A DNA stretch of 64,000 bases from the IMG/VR virus record IMGVR_UViG_3300044736_000016, positions 45,769 through 109,768 of that record; one strand, given 5' to 3'. The notes beneath the pieces were generated by a model. The model was given only the letters and a program-made list of their open reading frames with translations. It had not been told where the DNA came from and did no database searches. Origin of the DNA: a virus. The position numbers and the translations under genes are program-made. Shown one piece after another: positions 57,838 through 64,000 of the stretch (position 1 is the stretch's first letter; the number at the start of each line of letters is the position of its first letter).

Positions 57838-58200
57838 CTACCAGCCCAGCCGATCGCGGAGCGGTGCAAAGTCGCAGCGGGTATTCTCGGCGCGGTGGTG
57901 CGCGGTATTGATGCCGATCTCGTCGTTGGAGACAGGGTCGTCGTATGGACCACCGAGCAGGGTCAGGAGTTCGTCGATCTGCGTGTCCAACTCCTCTACG
58001 TGCCGACCGACGGCTTCCCATTCCTCGGCACTGGCCCACGGAGCGATGTGCTCCCGATCTACCTCAGCCGTCACATAGTCTTCGTCAGCACTATCGCCGT
58101 TACGCAGACAGACCTTGGCGCCAGCGTCAGCCTTGTAGCCCCAAAACTCGGCGCGGGCCGCCACGATACCGTCGATCTTGGGTTCCCACGTCATGTCCAC
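57838..58200 (-). CDS. 'RLGW' family hypothetical protein
   Basis: C-terminal PLRDRLGW. Confidence 0.55.
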   Translation of the reverse strand: MDMTWEPKIDGIVAARAEFWGYKADAGAKVCLRNGDSADEDYVTAEVDREHIAPWASAEEWEAVGRHVEELDTQIDELLTLLGGPYDDPVSNDEIGINTAHHRAENTRCDFAPLRDRLGW

Positions 58201-58550
58201 GTCTCCACGTTCGCGATGAGCGCATTGTCACGCGCCCAGCAGGCAACCTCACGAGCGAAATCGCGGTCAGCGCCATCGCCAACGCCAAGGAAGTAGTCCC
58301 ACGATGTCCACTGCTCAGGCTCGTAGCCAGCCTCGATGCGATGCTGCTCGTCCTGTGCCGCGTCGAAGTTGTCCTCGCGGTCGTTGCTCATACCAGAAGA
58401 CCAGTCGGTCACGAGCACACGCTCTGCGCCGATCACGACCAGCGGCATGCTGTGCTCGTGGCCCCACCCGCTGCGCCTCCACACGTCCGGGCCGAAGTGG
58501 TCCTCGATCTTTCGTGCGTCATAGATCGTGACTCCTCCCTCGCATCCCAT
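58191..58550 (-). CDS. Hypothetical protein
   Basis: Operon continuity. Confidence 0.45.
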   Translation of the reverse strand: MGCEGGVTIYDARKIEDHFGPDVWRRSGWGHEHSMPLVVIGAERVLVTDWSSGMSNDREDNFDAAQDEQHRIEAGYEPEQWTSWDYFLGVGDGADRDFAREVACWARDNALIANVETWT

Positions 58551-59317
58551 CAGCGTGGGCTCCTATCGCCGTCAGCGCGGAGGGTGGCCTGTGCCTCTCC
58601 GTGGATCGTCCATGGGTCGTCGGTGACGCGCCTGCTCGGCCATCCCTCGGTCGGCTCGTCAGTGATGCAGGACGGCTCGTCATAGCAGCCACGGTTGCAC
58701 TTGCCGTCGCCAATACCATCGAGCCACGAGCGATAGTAGGGGCAGTCGCTCAGATCAAGCTCAGCCATCACGCAACCTCCCCGCTCGCGCGGTGCAAATT
58801 ACCGGCGTCGATCAGCGCGAGACGGATACGCTCGGGGTGCAGAGCGTCGAGGACGGGCTCCATGATGGCGAACACCGTGTCCTGGACGCCCCCCGGCGCG
58901 CTGATGCCGGTGGCGTAGCAGATCGCTTTGCGCTCTGGCGGCGTCTTTCCCACCGACGTGAGGTAGGCGTCTGCGGTTGCCAGCGCGGCGTTGGCCTGCG
59001 CGGCGAGTTGTCGGCCTGCCCGCTTGCGGTCGATCAGGTTCAACTCCTCGCATGCACGGATCACCGCGTCGAGTTCGGGCACGACACGCTTGGCCAGCTG
59101 CGTCTGCGCCTCGACGTACGCCTGCCGTGCGGCGTGTACCTGCTCGGTGCTAGTGGCGATGGGGGCGAGAGTGGCGGCGGTCATGACGTGCACGCGCGTG
59201 TGCCGCACGCGTCCAGCGCGGCGCATACGATCAGCGCGATATTCCACGGATTCCACGCACTGAGCAGCCACGGGTGAGCGTTGAACATCCAGATGATGAA
59301 CCAGATCAGCGCCAGCA

Positions 59318-59875
59318 TCACTGGCCACCCGTGGTGCACACAGAGCAGCCCTCGACCAGAGGCACGGCGTGCTCGCAGATCGGCACCTGCAAGGCGATGT
59401 CCTCCCGTACGCCTCCGCGACCATCGGCGACATGCACCACCAGCCCGAACAGCAGGCCAGCATCCTCACGGCGACGGACGAACACGCCTCCGGAATGGTC
59501 CGCTCCCCAACCGAGGATGGCGAGCAGCGCGCTACGGGTGCCGTCTGGGACCGCCTCGTGCTCCACCGACCGCCAGTTGTCGGCGTGAAGGTCAGCGAAA
59601 GTGACGCGCTCCTCTGCGGGGATACGCTGGATGGTCGTGGCAGGGGTCTCGGAGTGCCGCCACTCGGGTGCCTCATCGTAGGGGTCCATCCCGGCGGCAC
59701 GTCCAAGTGCCGCCCAACGGTGCCACGCCTTCACCATCCAATCGCGAGCGTTGTGCACGGCGCTGACTCCCACGTCAGAGCGCGTGTGGAAGTTGGCGGC
59801 CATGGCCGTGGCGGTGCGAAAGTCTCGACGTGCCTCCTCAGCGAGCATCTGCTCACGGGTTGCCATGGCGCTCAT
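59318..59875 (-). CDS. Hypothetical protein (first gene of early arm)
   Basis: Follows intergenic control region. Confidence 0.5.
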   Translation of the reverse strand: MSAMATREQMLAEEARRDFRTATAMAANFHTRSDVGVSAVHNARDWMVKAWHRWAALGRAAGMDPYDEAPEWRHSETPATTIQRIPAEERVTFADLHADNWRSVEHEAVPDGTRSALLAILGWGADHSGGVFVRRREDAGLLFGLVVHVADGRGGVREDIALQVPICEHAVPLVEGCSVCTTGGQ

Positions 59876-60112
59876 CCGGGGTGCCTACACAGAACATACG
59901 CATCACCCGTAGCCTGCGCGGTATCCACGATGCCGTCAAGGGCACACGTCACCACACCGCAAGCTAGGCCGGTTCCGCCCGGGGTACGATCCATCCGCTG
60001 CCACCTCTCATCCAGGTGTCGGCCATGGGGCGGGCCGTTGCTGCGGCGCCGCCCTCCTTCGTGTGATCATTGAACCACGATGCCCGCGCGCCGTCAATAG
60101 GGGATGCGCACC

Positions 60113-60142
60113 TTGACCAGCCAGTCACCAGATCGCTACCCT
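60113..60142 (+). promoter_or_regulatory. Sigma70-type promoter TTGACC-N18-TACCCT for leaderless XRE gene
   Basis: -10 lies 7 nt before GTG 60150. Confidence 0.55.
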
Positions 60143-60149
60143 CGGCCTC

Positions 60150-60374
60150 GTGAGCCAGCCCAACCGCATCCGCGAACTCCGAGAGCTACGCAAGCGCGAG
60201 GAGCCGGGGCGGTTCACGCAGGCTGGGCTGGCGGCACAGGTAGGCGTCGACACAGCCACGCTGCGACGCTGGGAGGCCGGTACCACTGTCCCCACCAGAC
60301 GCAACGTCAAGGCGCTGGCACGGCGGCTGGGGGTCAGCGTGGAGGAGTTGGAGGTCGGCGCGAAGCCGTGCTAG
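60150..60374 (+). CDS. XRE/Cro-like HTH repressor
   Basis: TQAGLA..VGV...TLRRWE.G...P......LA..LGV. Confidence 0.85.
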   Translation: MSQPNRIRELRELRKREEPGRFTQAGLAAQVGVDTATLRRWEAGTTVPTRRNVKALARRLGVSVEELEVGAKPC

Positions 60375-60521
60375 GATCGCCCTAGGCTTGTGCGTCGCAC
60401 CAGTGGCTCTCCGGCACACTGGGGACCTGCAACTCTGAGTGCAGGCGCACAGCCTCCTTCCCTCTGACACATCTGCGCTTCACAGATACACTGTCAGGTG
60501 TAGGCTCCGGATCGACTGAGG

Positions 60522-60839
60522 ATGGGGACGATGAGGGCTGACGGGCACACGCTGGCGGCGCAGGAGTGGGTGGTCACCGAGGGCTGGGACGCCGGTCGAG
60601 GGCGGTGGTGCTGCCTAGAGTTGCGGCCGGCGACCTCTGGGGAGATCGTGGACGAGACCGAGCGCGAGAAGGTGGTCAGACAGCCGATCTACGTCATGGG
60701 CGACCCCAGCGACCCGCGATATGTGTCCGGGCATGGAGTCCTCGCTGAGACCGCCGAGACGCACCGGAGCCGATCACGTCAGCGCAAGGTGGGCGGGACC
60801 GAGGCCATGCAGATCCTGCGGCGGATGACGGGAGGCTAA
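60522..60839 (+). CDS. Hypothetical protein
   Basis: GAGG RBS. Confidence 0.45.
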   Translation: MGTMRADGHTLAAQEWVVTEGWDAGRGRWCCLELRPATSGEIVDETEREKVVRQPIYVMGDPSDPRYVSGHGVLAETAETHRSRSRQRKVGGTEAMQILRRMTGG

Positions 60840-60974
60840 CCTCGGGTCGGAGTCGCCAGCCTGGAGACTGCGGCTAGACGTGGAGAGAGCCCGCCAGACG
60901 TTCTGACGGGCTCCCAGCCTGCCGCAGATCGACAAGCCCAGCAGACGAAGCGTCACGTATCCTACCGCGTCAGG

Positions 60975-62177
60975 TCAGGCTGCGGCGATCCCCAACCGCT
61001 GACCGAGGCTGGCCGCGCCGGGGATGGACCGCGACCGCCGCAGGATCGCCCTGACGATGTCCCGCACGATCTGCTGGTGGCGGATCTCCTCGGGCACCAG
61101 CGCCTCGGCCTGTAGCAGCGCGTGGATGGCAGCCTCGTCCTTTCGCTCAGCGGCGGCGTAGCAGCGGGCCAGTTCGAGCGACAGGCGGGAGCGGCGTTCG
61201 ACCATCTCGGGCGGGAACAGGCTCACATCGACGTCCTTGGCCCGCTCCACCGCCAGCCCGGTCTCCCCGAGCTCCACGGCCACGCTGACCCGGTGCAGAG
61301 CGACGTTCGGGGCGCCAAAGACGGTCCACCAGTGGTTCTGCGGCTGGTCACCGAGCCGGACGGACGCATCACCGGCCTCGGTCAGACACTCCTGCGCCCC
61401 TGCCCGGTCGGACTGACGCGCCGCAGAGATGGCCCCCATGAGCATCAACGCCCCGTAGACCGACACGGCAGCCTTGTCCTGACCACCCGCGGTCGGCTCT
61501 ACCCTGATCGCCGCAGCGAGGCAGACGTCCTTGGCCTCGGCGTGACGTCCGGAGCGCAGCAGAGGTAGGGCGTAGCGGTAGGCGGCGTGGCCCTGAGCGA
61601 GCACGTCGCCTGACTGGTGGGCTGCGTCGTACCCGGCCTGAGCCGCGCTGTATCCGGTCTCCTGGTCGCCGACGATCTCAGCCACGCGAGAGACGAGGAA
61701 CAGGGCCTGCGAGAGCATCCCGAGCGCCAAGGCGCGCTCCTCTCCCTCGTGCTGCTCCACGGCTGCCCGCGCCTTGGCCACGATGCTGGGTAGGTCGGCG
61801 CTCAGGTCGCGGTACTGGCAACCCTGGCGGGCGAGCCATGCGGCGTCCACGTCGCGGCGCAGGGATGGGAGGTCGACGGGGCGGTCCTCGAGCACGCCGT
61901 AGGGGATCACCGACCGACGCAGGCCGGGTAGACCGGAGAAGTCGAGGGCGCCGTTGGGGGCGAGGTGGAGCGGACCGGGGACGAGTTCGCGCGGGTCGAC
62001 GGCCAGCGCCTCGGCGATCTTGACGATCCACGAGAAGCGGTCTACCTCGGTGTGCCCGTTCTCAATGTCCCGCAGCCAGCGTTCCTCGCGCCCGAGACGA
62101 CCTGCCAGCTGCGCCTGCGTCAGCCCTCGGCGGTGTCGGAAGGCCCTGATCCGCGCCCCGGTGCTCACCTCAGCCAT
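60975..62177 (-). CDS. XRE-family regulator with long helical (TPR-like) C-domain
   Basis: N-terminal HTH; FG..NV..H.V, PE...R.L..AR, A..L..AE...PE pattern. Confidence 0.85.
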   Translation of the reverse strand: MAEVSTGARIRAFRHRRGLTQAQLAGRLGREERWLRDIENGHTEVDRFSWIVKIAEALAVDPRELVPGPLHLAPNGALDFSGLPGLRRSVIPYGVLEDRPVDLPSLRRDVDAAWLARQGCQYRDLSADLPSIVAKARAAVEQHEGEERALALGMLSQALFLVSRVAEIVGDQETGYSAAQAGYDAAHQSGDVLAQGHAAYRYALPLLRSGRHAEAKDVCLAAAIRVEPTAGGQDKAAVSVYGALMLMGAISAARQSDRAGAQECLTEAGDASVRLGDQPQNHWWTVFGAPNVALHRVSVAVELGETGLAVERAKDVDVSLFPPEMVERRSRLSLELARCYAAAERKDEAAIHALLQAEALVPEEIRHQQIVRDIVRAILRRSRSIPGAASLGQRLGIAAA

Positions 62178-62347
62178 GCCATCTCCTCCTCGAACCCACG
62201 ACGGTCGGCCTCACGCTCGGCTTCGGCACCCTGTTCGTCGGCCGCCGTTCGCTCATCCACGCAGGGCTGGCAGATCGGCTTGCCGGCGATCCAGACACCG
62301 GGAAGGGCTGGGTGAACGTGGCAGTAGCCGCACAGGGTGGTCGTCAT
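62165..62347 (-). CDS. Small zinc-ribbon protein
   Basis: CGYC...CQPC; leaderless start after TACCGT. Confidence 0.5.
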   Translation of the reverse strand: MTTTLCGYCHVHPALPGVWIAGKPICQPCVDERTAADEQGAEAEREADRRGFEEEMAWLR

Positions 62348-62400
62348 GGAGAGGACGGTAGCACCGCGCCACGAGAGCGGCTAGGACGGCAGGCCAACAT

Positions 62401-62421
62401 ACCGGTGGAAAAATCACCGGT
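62401..62421. promoter_or_regulatory. Inverted repeat ACCGGTG-N7-CACCGGT (candidate operator)
   Basis: Between divergent HTH genes. Confidence 0.4.
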
Positions 62422-62652
62422 CTGGCGCATCTGTTCGGGGTAGCGTAGGCGCTGGATCCCCCGTCACGGGGCCGGCGAGCGGCGGTGGAAGGCGAGCAAG
62501 GCGACATCACCCCGCCGGCCCCACTCCTTGCGTTGGTCATTTCGTGACCATTGCCTTACACAGCACATGCGCACCACCACTATGCAACGCCACATGCCCC
62601 GTGCTACTGTGTGCATCCCGGTAGATAGTCGGGTTGACGGAGGGTTGGCTAG

Positions 62653-62910
62653 GTGACCAGCGGCGAAGCAGGGGAGAACGGCGCAGCGACCGGCTGGGTC
62701 ATCCTCGACCCTGAGCGCGTGCGTCTCGCGCTGGTCTGCAAGCAACTCACGCAGGCTCAGGTCGCGCAGGGCGCCGGGATCAGCCAGGACACCGTCCGCA
62801 AGATGGTCCACGGCCAGCGCGTCCAGCCTCACAAGGCCGCTGCGGTGATCCGCTACCTCGACGACCAGCCCGATTGCCCCGGGTTTGCTGAGTACGTGTC
62901 GTGCGCCTAG
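62653..62910 (+). CDS. HTH (XRE/Cro-like) protein
   Basis: LTQAQVA..AGIS..TV.KM..G. Confidence 0.7.
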   Translation: MTSGEAGENGAATGWVILDPERVRLALVCKQLTQAQVAQGAGISQDTVRKMVHGQRVQPHKAAAVIRYLDDQPDCPGFAEYVSCA

Positions 62911-63941
62911 TCCGTCCTGCGCTTCCACGCGGCGATGAGATCCTCGTCGGTCGCCTTGGCGTACCGCAGGCTCATGACCGGCGTGGTGTGGCCAAGGGCG
63001 CGCTGCAACTCGCTGACGGCAGCGCCCGCCTCGAGCGTCCGGGTGGCGAAGGTGTGGCGCAGCTGGTGCGGCGTGAACTTGACGCGCGGGCCGTGCAGGG
63101 CGGTCCTGCGGCTCAGGCGGGCGACCAACTGACCCACGCCGGAGCGGGTGAGCGGCTCGTACCCACCGCCTCGCTTGCGGGCGCTCAGGAAAAGTTCGCT
63201 CCGGTCGGTATCCTGCGGGCGGATGCGGCGGATGTAGTCGCGGAGCACCTTGCTCATGGCGTGCTTGGGAGTGTCGAGTGGGATCATCCGCTCCTTGTTC
63301 CCCTTTCCGAACACGCGCAGCAACCAGTCTCCGCGGCTGGTCTGGACGAGCGAGTCCAGCGTCATGAGCGGGATCTCGCAGCGCCGCACGCCGCAGCGCA
63401 CCATGAGTTCAACGATCACGCCATCACGGCCTCGGTCGCGGGAGTTGAAGGCAGCCGTGCCGTCAGCCGTGCGAGCGAACGCCGTAACGCTGAGCAACCT
63501 GCGCGTGGCTTCGGGGTCGATGGAGCGCGGCAGGAGTTGCGGTCCCTTCGGCGCCGGGGTGTCGAGCACGGCGCGGTTTTCGAGATAGCCGCGCTTGGCG
63601 CACCAGCGCAGGAACTGCTTCGTGACGCGGTAGTGGATGTTGATGGTCGATGCGCTGAGGCCGGCGGATCCCTGCGGACCACGCAGCGCGGCGAGTTCGG
63701 ACAGAAAGCGCTCGAACGCCGCCTCGGTCCACTCTGCAACGGCCCGGAGCCCGGCCTCCTCGGCGAACTCCTGCGCCCGACCACGCAGCACCCAGCGGTA
63801 GTTGCGCATCGTCCCCTCCTCGCGCATCAGGCGCATCTGCGCAGCGAGGAACTCGGTGACGGTCTCCTCCCATCCGCTCGGGCGGGGCTTCTCGACCGCG
63901 ACGGGCGCGGGGATGGGCGTGGGGCGCTGGACGGAACGCAT
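62907..63941 (-). CDS. int: Tyrosine recombinase/integrase
   Basis: R (GVRRCE), K (GKGNKER), HQLRH, LGH, Y catalytic residues. Confidence 0.92.
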   Translation of the reverse strand: MRSVQRPTPIPAPVAVEKPRPSGWEETVTEFLAAQMRLMREEGTMRNYRWVLRGRAQEFAEEAGLRAVAEWTEAAFERFLSELAALRGPQGSAGLSASTINIHYRVTKQFLRWCAKRGYLENRAVLDTPAPKGPQLLPRSIDPEATRRLLSVTAFARTADGTAAFNSRDRGRDGVIVELMVRCGVRRCEIPLMTLDSLVQTSRGDWLLRVFGKGNKERMIPLDTPKHAMSKVLRDYIRRIRPQDTDRSELFLSARKRGGGYEPLTRSGVGQLVARLSRRTALHGPRVKFTPHQLRHTFATRTLEAGAAVSELQRALGHTTPVMSLRYAKATDEDLIAAWKRRTD

Positions 63942-64000
63942 GCGGGCCTCCTACGGGGCCACGATCAGGCTGTGAGCGCCGTTGAGAATACGGAGGCTGC

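Larger units (their letters stand above)
1..64000. mobile_element. Temperate siphovirus-like phage/prophage (partial; terminase and att sites not seen)
   Basis: Portal, protease, MCP, tail tube, TAC, tape measure, lysis, ERF, repressors and tyrosine integrase; no host core genes. Confidence 0.95.

Noticed and set aside
60774-60956. Small ORF downstream of the XRE-TPR regulator as an arbitrium-like peptide
   Set aside because: No signal peptide, weak RBS, overlaps the opposite gene
1-64000. CRISPR array, tRNA, DGR/retron
   Set aside because: No spaced direct repeats, cloverleaf with T-loop consensus or reverse transcriptase motif seen by eye; short tRNAs could be missed
62350-64000. attP/attL site near the integrase
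   Set aside because: No tRNA-like core or repeated att sequence identifiable within the window

Overview
The whole window is one high-GC temperate siphovirus-type (pro)phage segment. No host housekeeping genes, rRNA, tRNA or CRISPR array were seen. It starts inside the portal gene, so the terminase is outside the window. Order: (1) portal, Mu gpF-like head protein, and a glycosyltransferase/methyltransferase/NDP-sugar epimerase cluster (1-9.5 kb, +). (2) A 7.3 kb counter-oriented block of small early-type genes (9.6-16.9 kb, -). It includes a stand-alone ZAS anti-sigma-like protein and a ~700 nt gene-free region whose hairpins favour the minus strand. (3) Mu gpI-like protease/scaffold, cement and major capsid genes. 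(4) A 12 kb appendage block with two very large 20-aa-repeat Ala/Ser/Gly/Thr/Val proteins, two SGNH hydrolases and an antisense DNA methyltransferase. (5) Head-tail connectors, a further glycosyltransferase, tail tube, frameshifting chaperone, tape measure and tail tip genes. (6) An antisense sortase, then a lysis region with a PAS-domain membrane protein, an antisense HNH and a C39-like peptidase. (7) An early/recombination arm (ERF, LexA-like HTH; 51-60 kb, -), and immunity/integration genes (XRE regulators, tyrosine integrase). Leaderless genes, the sortase and actinobacterial-type small proteins suggest a high-GC monoderm host (inference). Best novelty candidates: the large structured RNA at ~14.37-15.1 kb, the PAS-fused holin-like module, and a putative virion glycosylation system acting on Ser/Thr-rich repeat fibres. 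All product calls come from motif recognition by eye; no database searches were run.
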